NCBI GenBank assembly: GCA_050248855.1
Contig: JBFWRP010000002.1
Span: 32,001 to 96,000, forward strand
Direction of reading: 5' to 3'
DNA: 64,000 bases
Origin: Planctomycetota bacterium
Lineage (GTDB): Bacteria > Planctomycetota > PLA2 > JAEUHO01
Every line of letters begins with the position of its first letter. Within the stretch, counting starts at the first letter, position 1. A program made the position numbers and the translations under genes. The notes under the pieces are model-generated. The model was not told the origin of the DNA. It searched no databases and saw only the letters and a program-made list of their open reading frames with translations. This document shows positions 36,173-46,622 of the stretch, piece after piece.

Positions 36173-38343
36173 GCTTCGAGGTCCCTTCCGAAGACCTGGT
36201 TCTCGAACGCGATCGTCTCCAGGTGCCGACGGCGGGCGTCGAGCATCGTCTCGGCCAGGGCGTCGAAGCGCGCGCGCATGGCGGTCGCATCGCCGGTCTC
36301 GGCGTAGATGTCGAGCACGAGGTCGGAGAACTCGCGCTCGTCGTCGCCCAGGCGTCCGAGGATCGCCTCGACCTCGCCGACGACGAGCTCGAACATGTCG
36401 ATCTTCTCGTCCAGGACGCGGAGGATCTCCTCCTCGATGGTCCCGTCGGCCACGAGGTTGAACACGAACACGTCGCGCTCCTGTCCGATGCGGTGGACGC
36501 GGCCGATGCGCTGCTCGATGCGCATCGGGTTCCAGGGCAGGTCGTAGTTGACGACCGTGCGCGCGAAGTGGAGATTGAAGCCTTCGCCGCCGGAGTCGGT
36601 CGCGACGAGGACGTTCGCGTGGTCGCGGAACGCCGTGACCTTGGCCGCCTTCTCGGCCGCCGACAGCGAGCCGTGGAAGACGACCGGCCGGCGGCCTGCC
36701 TCCGTCACGACCTCGGCGAGATGGTCCACGCTGTCGCGGTGCGAGGCGAACACGATCACCTTGTCGTCTTCGGAACGGCGCAGGAGGTCGGCCAGCAGCG
36801 CGTCCTTGGACGAGCGTCGCAGCTCGCGCGCCTGCTCGCCCAAGACGACGCCCAGATGGCGTTCGACCAGGCGGGCGGCTGCCGGCGGCCGCGCGCCGGC
36901 GGCCCGCAGCAGCTCGCCGACGAGCGCGCGCGAGAGCGACCCTTCGGCGAGGCGCTCGCGGATGGCGGCGTCCAGGTTCGTACGGAAGGCCCGTTCCTCG
37001 TCGGTCGAGGTCGCCCGCAACGTCGTTGCGAAGCGCGGCGGCAGCCGGGCGTCGGCGACCGCGCGGGTGTTGCGGATCATCACCTGCCGCAGCAGCGCGC
37101 GCAGCGCGACCGGGTCCTTGGGCGTGCGCCGGCCGGCTGCGACGAACCGGCGCTTGAAGTCGGCCTGCGTCGAGAACAGGCCCGGGCGCAGCAGCGAGAG
37201 CACGTTGTAGATCTCGAGCAGGTCGTTCTCGACCGGCGTCGCCGAGAGCAGCAGGAGGTAGCGCGCGCGGATGCGGTCCACGAGCTGCCACAGGAGCGTG
37301 CGCTCGTTCTTGAGGCGGTGCGCCTCGTCCACCACGACCATGTCGAAGCCGGACTCCGCGATCCGCTGGGCGTGGGGCTGCGAGCGCGCGAGCGCCATCG
37401 AGGTCAGCACGAGCGGCGCCTGGCGCCAGACCTCGGGGTCGCGGCGGGCCTCGGCACCCGTCACGACCCGGGCCTCGCGCCCGAACTTGCCTGCGAGCTC
37501 GTCGCGCCACTGCTCGACGAGCCCGGGCGGCACGAGCAGCAGTGCGCGTCGCGCCAGGCCGCGTTGGAAGTACTCCTCCAGGCACAGGCAGGCCTCGACC
37601 GTCTTGCCGAGACCGACCTCGTCGGCCAGGAGCGCGCGGCCGTGGAAGTCGCGCAGGACCCGGCGCACCGTGCGCAGCTGGTACTCGTAGTGGTCGACGC
37701 CGCGCGCGGCGGCCAGCGAGAGCAGGGTGTCGTAGCGTCGCAGCTGGTCGATCTCGACGGCGACGGCGCGGCGGCGGTAGTCCGCCAGGGCCGTGGACGC
37801 GTCGGCGGGCGCGGTGTCGGGCTCCGCGGGTGGCTCGGCGCGGACGAGCGCGAACCGCAGCGGCACCTCCGGGCCGTCCACCGGCGCCGGGGCCGCGGAT
37901 GGGTGGGCGGCCTGCTTCGCGGGCGGCCTGGCGCGCGTCGGGCGCGCCTGCGTGCGGCGCCGGTGCTGCTTGGTGCGCTCGGCGTGCTCGCGCTTCAGCG
38001 CGGCCACGCCCTTCTGGGCATCGAGCAGGACCTGCTTCATGACCCAGCGGCTGCGCGAGGCATGCAGCTGGGCGCGCGTGAGCATCTCGCGGGCCTCGTC
38101 GAAGCGCTCCGTTCCCGCCAAGGCCCAGCCCCGCGCCGCGTACCAGAACGCGTCGTTGCCCGTCTCCGGTTCGAGCTCGTCCAAGAGCTCCATCGCCGCC
38201 GCGAACTCGCGGAGCGCGAGCCGTACGCGCACGTCGCCAAGGCGGACGTGGAGGCGGAGGGGCCCGGGCTCGTCCGCTGCGGTGGAGAACAGCTCCTCCG
38301 GCACCTGCACCGGGCCGGTCCGGTCTCTGGGCGATGTCGTCAC
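36169..38343 (-). CDS. SNF2-family helicase (YqhH-like) with N-terminal TPR-like region
   Basis: LLADEVGLGKT, VVDEAHRLKN, LLSATP, GGEGFNL, YDLPWNPMRIEQRIGRVHRIGQ. Start uncertain. Confidence 0.9.
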   Translation of the reverse strand: MTTSPRDRTGPVQVPEELFSTAADEPGPLRLHVRLGDVRVRLALREFAAAMELLDELEPETGNDAFWYAARGWALAGTERFDEAREMLTRAQLHASRSRWVMKQVLLDAQKGVAALKREHAERTKQHRRRTQARPTRARPPAKQAAHPSAAPAPVDGPEVPLRFALVRAEPPAEPDTAPADASTALADYRRRAVAVEIDQLRRYDTLLSLAAARGVDHYEYQLRTVRRVLRDFHGRALLADEVGLGKTVEACLCLEEYFQRGLARRALLLVPPGLVEQWRDELAGKFGREARVVTGAEARRDPEVWRQAPLVLTSMALARSQPHAQRIAESGFDMVVVDEAHRLKNERTLLWQLVDRIRARYLLLLSATPVENDLLEIYNVLSLLRPGLFSTQADFKRRFVAAGRRTPKDPVALRALLRQVMIRNTRAVADARLPPRFATTLRATSTDEERAFRTNLDAAIRERLAEGSLSRALVGELLRAAGARPPAAARLVERHLGVVLGEQARELRRSSKDALLADLLRRSEDDKVIVFASHRDSVDHLAEVVTEAGRRPVVFHGSLSAAEKAAKVTAFRDHANVLVATDSGGEGFNLHFARTVVNYDLPWNPMRIEQRIGRVHRIGQERDVFVFNLVADGTIEEEILRVLDEKIDMFELVVGEVEAILGRLGDDEREFSDLVLDIYAETGDATAMRARFDALAETMLDARRRHLETIAFENQVFGRDLEA

Positions 38344-38533
38344 GTCGAAGCGTCCTCGGGCGGTCTGGCCGTCGGCTTGGGGGGAGGCTACTCCGCCCCG
38401 CGGACAGTCCCGCGCTGCGGCGCGGCGCCGGGATGGAGGGCGGGGAGGATCGCGGCGGCAGGCCCAGCGTTCAGCCCTCTGGCCGTGCTGCGTCCCCCCT
38501 CCGCGCGCAGCGCGGCACCAGTTGACTGGGTCG

Positions 38534-39202
38534 GTGCAGGGCACCCACCTCGGCGGCTACCGGATCTTGTCCTCCCCGGGGTCGGGCGGCATGGGCGAGG
38601 TGTTCCTGGCGGAGTGCGTCGAGTCGCACGTCGGGCTGGTCAGCCTCGGCCATCTCTGGAGCAACGTCGGCCAGCCCGAACACGCGCGGGAGTGCCTCGA
38701 GCGGTCGCTGGCGATCTGCCGCAAGATCTCCGCGCCCTACCCGGAGGGCTACGCACTGCTCGGGCTCGCGTGGGCCGCCGAGGCGGACGGGCGTCCCGAT
38801 GAGGCGCGGGCGCTGCTCGAGAAAGCGCTTGGCCACCACCGCCAGCTGGGGCGTGCGAGCCGTGCCGAGTTCGCCCTGGCGCTGCTCGCCACCCTGCCGC
38901 GTGGGGACCCCGGCGCGGCCGAAGCGGCTGTCGCCGAGCAGGGTCGCGCGGACATGCAGCCCAGGCTCCCCTTCGTCCTCTGGCAGGCCACCGGCAAGCG
39001 CGAGTACTTGGTGGCCGCGCGGCGACTCCTCGACAGCCGCGTCGAGAGCGCACCCGAGGCGTATCGCCACTCGATGCGCGAGAACGTCAAGGCCCATCGC
39101 GGGATCCTGGCGGCGTCCGCTGCGCTCGAGACCCCGAGCGGGGACCCGACGTCGCCCGTCTCCGGAACCTCTCACCTCCCGCTCCAAGGGCCCGACCGGT
39201 AA
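38534..39202 (+). pseudogene. Internally deleted Ser/Thr kinase-TPR gene
   Basis: LGGYRILSSPGSGGMGEVFLA (kinase subdomain I) runs straight into TPR repeats; no VAIK, HRD or DFG. Confidence 0.65.
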
Positions 39203-39361
39203 CGAGCTCCAGAAGCGCGGGTTGGTTCGTCGTGTCGGCGGCAAGGCACGTGCGCAGCGAGCGAGATGCGCTGGCACGCCCGTAGGCCCGATCCGTGCGC
39301 CCCGCGGCGCTCGCGTCGGCGTCGGCCGACTGACTCGCGGCGGGGTCCTTCGGAACGCAGC

Positions 39362-40846
39362 CTAGGGAACGATGAACGTGACGTCCTCGACCTGGTCGGT
39401 TGCCGGGTCCGGATCGTCATCGCCGACCACCGTGATCGCGGTGTCGACGTCCACGCCCATCCCGTCGGAGACCCGGAGGGTGTGCATTCCGCTCGGAACG
39501 CCGACGAGGGTGTAGGCGCCGTCGATGTCCGTCGTGACGGGGCCGACGATGACCATCCCGTTGGCGTCGATGACCGACACCAGGAGGTCGGGTACCGGCA
39601 GCGGAACCGAGTCGGTCACCGTGCCCACGATCGTCTGGAGCAGGGGCGTGAGAACGAACGCCTCGCCGGCGCCCGGTGTACCGGGCAGGACGGACATGAC
39701 CTCCGTCCGTGTCTCCGTGATCCAACCGACCTTCGAGACGGTGATGTCGTACGTGCCAGGCGCCAGGTTGGCGAACAAGAAGGCGCCGTTCGCATCCGTC
39801 GTCGTCTGGGCGACGACGATCTCGTCGGGGTCCTCGCTGGCGACGATCGACACGTCGGCGCCTTCGATGTTGGTGTCGTCGGTCATGTCCGCGGCCAGCA
39901 GACCGTCCGACGTGACGACGCCGGCGATCTCCGTATCGGCCGCCAGCGTGATCGTGCCGGCGTCCGTCAGGTTGGCCACGACCACGACCACGTCGGTGGT
40001 CTCGCCGGGCTCATGCGACGCCGCCTCGGCGCGCAACGTGTAGGTCCCGGGAAGGACCGACAGCTGCGCCACGCCCAGGGCATCGGTGGGTCCCGTGGCC
40101 TGCTCGACGTCCGCCTCGTCGAACAGCTTCACGGTCGCGCCCTCGATCGGCACGTCATCCGACGTGTCGTCCGGCGTCGCGTTGTCGCTCAGCACCTGGA
40201 CCGTGACACTGCCGTTCGTGGAGACGTTCACGGCGCGGACAACCGGCGTGAACAGCACGCGCCGTACACCAGGCGCGTGCGAAACCGGCCCGTTGAACAC
40301 GAAGTTCTTGTCCAAGGGGAAATCGAGCATCAAGTCGCCGGACAGCTCGGTCGTGACCACGATGGCGTTGGAGATGTTGACCTTGATGCCGGTTTGGGCG
40401 CCGCTGGGGAAGAGGAGATCTCCCCCCGCGCTGTCGAATACGTGGTCGTCCTGGACAACGGCGTCGGGCTCGAGCACGACCTCGCCCGCATCCACGATCA
40501 ACCGCACCTGGTCGTAGGTTCCAGGCTCGATCGGAACCTCGACGAGCAGCTCGGCCACACCGTTGGACAGCGGGACGAGGTCGATCGTGCGGGAGCCGCT
40601 GAACACCACCTCCCAGCGGTCGTCATCCCGGTCCCGGACTTGCACCTCCCGAATCACCACGGAAGCCGACTGGACGAAGTCGAAGGGGAACGGCGCGTCG
40701 GTCACGGAGATGCGCAGCTTGCCGCCTGTCAGGACAGCCGAGCCGTCGGCGCCCACGCTGCCGGTCCCGCCCGTGCCACAGGCGGGAAGGGCCACGGCGG
40801 CCACGGCGAGGCACATCACCGCTGCGAGGAACTGTGTGGTCTTCAT
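39362..40846 (-). CDS. DUF4382 lipoprotein with carboxypeptidase-regulatory-like repeats
   Basis: Lipobox LPAC; LRISVTDAP, GTYDQVRL, FPSGAQTGIK; three TDA.G...L.PGTY repeats; GGAGG RBS. Confidence 0.85.
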   Translation of the reverse strand: MKTTQFLAAVMCLAVAAVALPACGTGGTGSVGADGSAVLTGGKLRISVTDAPFPFDFVQSASVVIREVQVRDRDDDRWEVVFSGSRTIDLVPLSNGVAELLVEVPIEPGTYDQVRLIVDAGEVVLEPDAVVQDDHVFDSAGGDLLFPSGAQTGIKVNISNAIVVTTELSGDLMLDFPLDKNFVFNGPVSHAPGVRRVLFTPVVRAVNVSTNGSVTVQVLSDNATPDDTSDDVPIEGATVKLFDEADVEQATGPTDALGVAQLSVLPGTYTLRAEAASHEPGETTDVVVVVANLTDAGTITLAADTEIAGVVTSDGLLAADMTDDTNIEGADVSIVASEDPDEIVVAQTTTDANGAFLFANLAPGTYDITVSKVGWITETRTEVMSVLPGTPGAGEAFVLTPLLQTIVGTVTDSVPLPVPDLLVSVIDANGMVIVGPVTTDIDGAYTLVGVPSGMHTLRVSDGMGVDVDTAITVVGDDDPDPATDQVEDVTFIVP

Positions 40847-41168
40847 GGAACCTCCAGGGTCGACGGGGCGCTGAGGGCGCCTCGTACATGGCCTGTCGCC
40901 AGGGGCGCGGCGTCTCCGGGGGACCATGCGCAGCAAGTCGGAGGCCGTTCGGCGGAGGCCCAGGCTCGTGGCGCTCGGGGGCGCATCGGACGCGGTCGGG
41001 GTGCCAGGCAGCGCCGGGCGTGCCCTGGGCATACGCCGGGCCCGTGGAGTTTCGGGCCGATGGGCGCTTGGCGCACGCCGGTCCAGACGTGCGACGAGGG
41101 GGTCCGTGGAGGGGCGACGGCCTGGGCGGGCACCCGGCCGGCGCGGCCGACTCGATCGTGCCGCGGTC

Positions 41169-41984
41169 CTACGGAACCGCCTGCGGCTCGTCGTAGATCA
41201 CGTTGTCGAGGACGACGATGTCGGCGGCGCCGCCTTGGGTGACGTCGTCGGGCCCCAGGGCAGCGTTGCCCAGCGTGATCACGACGCGGGCGATGACGGC
41301 GTCTTGCGTGGTGACACCGAGGAACGAGTGGCTGGCGATGCCGGGTGTCGTGAGGAACGCGCGGTCGACCAGCAGGCGGCCGAACGGGTCGTAGAACGCA
41401 AGCTTCGACGCCGCTGCCACGTCGACATCGGTCACGACCACGCCGACGCCCTGGACTACCGCAGGCGTGCCGGTGCCGGGCACGAAGAAGCCAAGCTCGA
41501 CCACGTTGCCGTCGACCGGCGCCACGAGTCGAGCGCCGCTGAAGGGCGCGAAAGCCGTCGGATACGTGTTGTTCACGTGGCCGAGCTCCGCAGTGGTGTT
41601 CGTGGGGTTCGAGGCATCGGCGCTGGCCTGCAGCTCGAGGCCTCGAGGGCCGGTGACGACCAGGCCCCGGGTGGACGACGTGTTGTAGAAGTCGCTCGCG
41701 AGGAACAGGGGCGCGGCGTCCGCGTCGGGGACTTCCCAGTCCACCTCGCGGCGACCCGCCGCTTGCGAACCCGATGCGGTGCCGTTGTCGGACCCGCCGA
41801 GGTCGGAGCGGAAGGCGTCGACGGCCGCCAGGATGTCGACCGTCGTGGGCCCGGTCGCCTCACGCATCGAGGCGACTTCCGCGAGAGGCGGCAGGGGAGC
41901 GGAGGACCCTCCGCAGCCCGTGGGAACGAGTGCTGCCCCGAGGGCCAGCACGAACCGGCGAGGGCAGAGGGCGGGTCGCGGCAT
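41169..41984 (-). CDS. Putative lipoprotein
   Basis: AAGGA RBS, lipobox PTGC; FRSDLGG..NG..GRREVDW beta-rich domain. Confidence 0.7.
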   Translation of the reverse strand: MPRPALCPRRFVLALGAALVPTGCGGSSAPLPPLAEVASMREATGPTTVDILAAVDAFRSDLGGSDNGTASGSQAAGRREVDWEVPDADAAPLFLASDFYNTSSTRGLVVTGPRGLELQASADASNPTNTTAELGHVNNTYPTAFAPFSGARLVAPVDGNVVELGFFVPGTGTPAVVQGVGVVVTDVDVAAASKLAFYDPFGRLLVDRAFLTTPGIASHSFLGVTTQDAVIARVVITLGNAALGPDDVTQGGAADIVVLDNVIYDEPQAVP

Positions 41985-42153
41985 GGTTCGAGGTCCTTCG
42001 GGGGGAGATGCGCGAGAAGCCGGGCGCGTCCGCAGACGCCGATCGGCCCCGCGGCCCCGAGGCCCGAATCGTGCATCGGCGCCGCCCAAGCGCTGGCCCA
42101 CCGCTATGATCCGGGTCCCGCGCGCGTCTTCGGCGTGCGGGCTCGGAGCGGGC

Positions 42154-43665
42154 ATGGCGACACCCATGGAGCGGGAGATCCGGCGCTTCCTCGGCCGCGT
42201 GCGCCTCGCCCGCTTCGTCGGTGGTCTCTGCGAAGGGCTGTTGGTCGTGGTCCTCAGCCTGGCGACGGTCCTCTTGGCCTTGCGACTCTGCGGCGTGTTC
42301 GTGTCGCCCTCGCCGTGGTGGGCACTCTTGGCCCTGCCCGCCTTGGTGTGGGCGGGCTTGGGCGTGCGGAGGTTGGACTTCGGGCGTCAGGCCGGAGCCG
42401 CGCATCTGGACCGGCGCCTGGGCCTCGAAGGCCTGCTCGTGACCTCGCTCGAGCGCGATGCCTCGGCCTACGAGGCGCCGTTGCGACGCAAGCTGCAGGA
42501 GACGAAGGAGGCGCTGCCCCGGATGCGGATCCGGCCTCTGCTCGCGCGGCTCGGCGTGGCGCTCGTCGTCCTGGCGATCGTGCTGGTGCTGCCCGCGGCC
42601 GACGAGCCCGCGACCTCGAGCTCGGTCGTGGCCGACGTGTTGCAGGACTACGAGGAGAAGCTGCGCGAGCTGGCCGAGACCGGCGGCGTTCGCGAAGAGG
42701 TGCGCGAGGAGCTCGCCCAGCGCCTGGACGCGCTCAAGAAGCGCAACCGCGACGAGGGTGTCGTCCCGTGGAAGGACCTCGACACCTTCGCCCAGACGGC
42801 CGACCACGAGCGCAGCCTGCACGCGGCGCGCTTGGCCAAGGCGCAGCACGATCTCGCGGCGATGGCGCGCGGCGACGACGCGTCGCTCGCCCAAGGGGCT
42901 GCCGCCACGTCCGCGCGCATGGACCAGCTGATGCAGGACGCAGAGGCTGCGGGCCTGCTCGACCAGCTGCCGCAGGACTTGAAGGAGCGGCTGGACGCGA
43001 TGGCGGGCGCTGACGGGGCGGAAGGTGCCGGGGCCCAAGGCGAGCAGGCCGGGCTCGACGCGGCCACGAGGAAACAGCTCGCGGCCGCGCTGGCGCAGAC
43101 GGCCGGCGACAAGCTGGCTGCTCTCCAGGGCAAGGGACAGGCACTCGATGTCGAAGCGCTGTCGCTCGGCGAGCTGCTCGAGGGAATCGACGCAGAGGCC
43201 CTGTTCGGCAAGCCGTGCTCGCTCTGCCAAGGCAAGGACGGCAAGCCCGGTGATCCGCAATGCCCCGGCTGAGCAGGCTCGGGCATCTTCGGCCGTGAGC
43301 TGAAGGGACGAGGTCTGGTGGCGGGTGGTGAGCGGCCTGGGCGCGGTGGCATCACGCGGGGCCGGGGAGACGCGCGGCTGGACTACACGAACTCCACCGA
43401 CGAGCGGACGGACGCGTTCCAGGCCAAGCTCTTGCCGCCCGGTGCCCAGCCGTCGACCGAGTGGGACCGGCTGGGCTTGAAGCGTGCGCTGCCGACCGTG
43501 GACCCACAGCGCGACGCCACGCCGGGGAGCGCCGGCGACGACGGGGCCGGCGAGGCCTCGTGGCGTCGCCGCTTGGCGCCGCACCATCGGGCCGTCGTTC
43601 GACGATACTTCGCGACGGACGGTGCGGCCGAGGGGGACGAGCCTTCGGAGCCGGGGGACAAGTAG
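42154..43665 (+). CDS. Membrane/coiled-coil protein heading the MoxR operon; predicted selenoprotein (UGA at 43270-43272 read as Sec, 503 aa)
   Basis: Track ORFs 41779..43272 and 43318..43665 are in one frame separated by a single TGA; CSLCQG..CPG(U)AGSG; SECIS-like hairpin follows. Confidence 0.8.
43274..43317 (+). promoter_or_regulatory. Bacterial SECIS-like hairpin
   Basis: Upper stem CTTCGGC/GCTGAAG, loop CGTGA beginning 21 nt after UGA, lower stem CAGGCTCG/CGAGGTCTG with one bulge. Confidence 0.75.
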
Positions 43666-43716
43666 CGCGGCTCGTCGACCCTGGGGGGGCGCGCGTCGTG
43701 GACGAGGGGAGAGAGC

Positions 43717-44736
43717 GTGAGCGACACCGGTCTGATGACGCCGCAGCAGGTGGCGGACGGACAGAAGCGTCTGCGCGCCGTGCGCGACGGGCTCGGCCAG
43801 GTCATCCTGGGCCAGGAGCATCTGCTCGATCACGTGTGCATCGGTTTGGCCGCGCGCGGCCACATGTTGCTCGAGGGGCTGCCGGGCTTGGGCAAGACCG
43901 AGCTCGTGCGCACGCTCGGTGGGCTGTTGGGCATCTCGTTCGGCCGCGTGCAGTTCACGCCCGACCTCTTGCCCAGCGACATCACGGGCGGGCCGATCCT
44001 GCAGGACCAGAACGGGCGCCGCGAGCTGGTGTTCCAACCGGGTCCCCTGTTCGCCCACATCGTCCTGGCCGACGAGATCAACCGGGCATCGCCCAAGACG
44101 CAGGCCGCCATGCTCGAGGCCATGCAGGAGCGCCACGTCACGGTGCTCGGCGTCTCCCATCCCCTGCCGGATCCGTTCTTCGTGCTGGCCACGCAGAACC
44201 CCATCGAGCTGGAGGGCACGTACCCCCTGCCCGAGGCGCAGCTGGATCGCTTCCTCTTCAAGATCAACGTGCCGGGCGTGAGCGCCTCGGTCATGCAGCG
44301 GATCATCGCGACGCGTCGCCGCGGCACCCCGCCGCCGGTCAAGCCCGTCTTGGACGGTGAGGGACTGCAAGCGCTCTTCGGCGCGATCGACCAGGTGTTC
44401 CTGCCCGAACCCGTGGCCAGCTACATCGCCCGCCTTGTGGAGGCGAGCCATCCCGAGAGCGGCGCCGTCAAGGAGGTGGCCTCCTACGTTCGCTACGGGG
44501 CGTCGCCGCGCGCCGCCATCGCGATCGCCGAGGCGGCGCGGGCGTCGGCCCTGCTCGCCGGACGGCCCAACGTGGACTTTGCCGATGTCACGCGCGTCGC
44601 ACCCGCCGCCCTGGGCCACCGCATGGTGCTCGACCATGCGGCCCGCATCGAGGGCGTCACGCCGGCGCGCGTGGTCAAGCTGCTGCTCGATGGCGTGGAC
44701 GCGGTGGGCCGCCCGCTGCCCAAGGACGTCTCGTGA
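43717..44736 (+). CDS. moxR: MoxR-family AAA+ ATPase
   Basis: LLEGLPGLGKT, RVQFTPDLLPSDITG, LADEINRA, ATQNPIELEGTYPLPEAQLDRF. Confidence 0.97.
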   Translation: MSDTGLMTPQQVADGQKRLRAVRDGLGQVILGQEHLLDHVCIGLAARGHMLLEGLPGLGKTELVRTLGGLLGISFGRVQFTPDLLPSDITGGPILQDQNGRRELVFQPGPLFAHIVLADEINRASPKTQAAMLEAMQERHVTVLGVSHPLPDPFFVLATQNPIELEGTYPLPEAQLDRFLFKINVPGVSASVMQRIIATRRRGTPPPVKPVLDGEGLQALFGAIDQVFLPEPVASYIARLVEASHPESGAVKEVASYVRYGASPRAAIAIAEAARASALLAGRPNVDFADVTRVAPAALGHRMVLDHAARIEGVTPARVVKLLLDGVDAVGRPLPKDVS

Positions 44737-46622
44737 GCAAGCTCTCCGGCCTGCTCCTCGCCCTTGTCGTGCTTGGCGGTCTGGCTCCGTCGGCTCGCGC
44801 GGAGGAGTACGAGACCGTGGTGCTGGACCGCAATGTCGGCGCCAGCACGCCGTACCGCCTGCACGCAAGGGTCCTGGGCACGCCAGCCGGGAGTCGCCCC
44901 GGCAGCCAAGGCTATGCGCGCATCGAGGTCGTCAACCCCACGGACAAGGCGCACGTCGTCGCCATCCGCCTGGAGCCCATGAGCGACCACCATGGCAGTG
45001 CGTACGTCGTGCGCCACGCGCTTCGCGTCGAGGCAGGCAAGCGGCAGGCCGTGGACCTCCCACTCCCCAACGTCTCGTGGGGAACCATGCTCAGCTTCAC
45101 TGTGGACGACCGTCTGGTCTCCGAGAACACGCACATCAGCTCCGCGTCCCGAAGCGGAAACCGCTCCTTCGCCGCCTTGGCAGTCGGCTTGCGCGACGAC
45201 GGAGGATGGCCTGCGTATCTGGAGAGTGCAGTCTCCAGCCGCGTCGGCGGCCGCCGCTCGGGCATGGATGTGTACCTGCGAGAACCCCACGAGCTCCCCG
45301 GCGGCTGGACGCTCTTGGCCGGGTTCGACCTCGTCATCGTGCGGGCCGGCGCGGCAGGCCTGACGGCCGAGCGCCAAGACGTCCTCCTTCGATACCTGGC
45401 GGGTGGCGGCAACCTCGTCGTGACCGAGATGCGCGAGCTTGCCAGCGGTCCTTTCGTCGATTGCATGCGCCGCTTCGGTGGCCTGGGAGACGCCGGAATC
45501 GTCAGCGGCTCCCACGGCTTGGGCCTGGGCCTCTTCGTGGCAGCCGCCGCCGACTCGAGCACGCCTGCGGTCCGGACGTGGCTTGAGCAGAGAGCCAGCA
45601 GCAGCGGCAGCATTCTCGACCGTGTCCATGGCACGCGGGGCGGAGGCGCCCCGGATAACTTCTGGCTTCCGCTCGCGATCCCCGGGCTCGGCGACGTGCC
45701 GGTGCGTGCCTTCTTCCTGTTGATCCTCGTGTTCGTGATCCTGGTCGGCCCGGTGAGCTACCTGTACTTCCGCAAGCGGCGGCGGCTCGCGATGTTGCTC
45801 GTTACGATTCCCGTGTCCGGGTTTCTCTGCGCGGGCCTGGTGCTGGGCTACGGGGTGATCTCCGAGGGCTTCGGCATCATTGGCAGCGCACGTTCCTTTG
45901 CCGTGCTGGACCAAGAGACCCAGCTCGCCGCCGTGGTCAGCGGGCGGACCTTGTACGCGGGCCTCCAGCCCGACGCGCTGCGGCCGGACGTCGATACGGT
46001 CGTGGCCAGTGGTGCGGGCGGCCGTCGCGGCGGGATGCCGAGCCTGCTCGTGGGCGCCGGTCATCGTCTCGACGGCAGCGTTCTCCCCTCCCGCACGCTG
46101 ACGCCCTTCGTGGCAACCACCGTGGGCCGCTCGCGCGAGCGCCTTCGCTTCCGCAAACGCCAGGATGGAGGTTACGACGTGCTCTCCGCACCCGGGCTCC
46201 AGCCCGTGGCCGAAGCCGAAGCGGTGCTCTTGCGCACCTGGGACGGGCAGTACTTCCGCTCGACGGACTCCGGGACCCTGGCGCCCCTCGTCGGACCCGC
46301 CCACGCGCTTCCCGAGGTCGTCCACCGCCTCATGCGCCCGATGGCCCACATGCGCGTCGGTTCGGGGGAAGTGCTCGACGACGAACCGTGGAACCCGCGC
46401 ATGCGCTATCGATCGCAGCGGGAGATGGAACAGCTGGCAGGCGGCGCCAACGACGGCTACTCGTGGTTCGCGAACCGCTTCGGCGAGCTGAGGCCGGGCA
46501 GCTACCTCGCTCGCGTGCGAACCGCGCCCCTGACGGAGACGCTGGGCCTGGACGTCGAGTACCGCAGCGAGGCGCACATCGTCGTGGGCCTGCTGGGACC
46601 GGAGGACGTGACCGGTGAGTAG
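44733..46622 (+). CDS. Exported/membrane protein with GATase-like domain
   Basis: Signal peptide; ELP..W..LAGFDLVI, YLAGGGNLV; two TM helices (LVGPVSY). Confidence 0.75.
   Translation: MSKLSGLLLALVVLGGLAPSARAEEYETVVLDRNVGASTPYRLHARVLGTPAGSRPGSQGYARIEVVNPTDKAHVVAIRLEPMSDHHGSAYVVRHALRVEAGKRQAVDLPLPNVSWGTMLSFTVDDRLVSENTHISSASRSGNRSFAALAVGLRDDGGWPAYLESAVSSRVGGRRSGMDVYLREPHELPGGWTLLAGFDLVIVRAGAAGLTAERQDVLLRYLAGGGNLVVTEMRELASGPFVDCMRRFGGLGDAGIVSGSHGLGLGLFVAAAADSSTPAVRTWLEQRASSSGSILDRVHGTRGGGAPDNFWLPLAIPGLGDVPVRAFFLLILVFVILVGPVSYLYFRKRRRLAMLLVTIPVSGFLCAGLVLGYGVISEGFGIIGSARSFAVLDQETQLAAVVSGRTLYAGLQPDALRPDVDTVVASGAGGRRGGMPSLLVGAGHRLDGSVLPSRTLTPFVATTVGRSRERLRFRKRQDGGYDVLSAPGLQPVAEAEAVLLRTWDGQYFRSTDSGTLAPLVGPAHALPEVVHRLMRPMAHMRVGSGEVLDDEPWNPRMRYRSQREMEQLAGGANDGYSWFANRFGELRPGSYLARVRTAPLTETLGLDVEYRSEAHIVVGLLGPEDVTGE

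Noticed and set aside
36019..38802. 927-aa plus-strand ORF and similar long ORFs (41860..44868, 51533..53968, 61135..62634)
   Set aside because: Antisense shadows of well-supported genes in very GC-rich DNA; no motifs.
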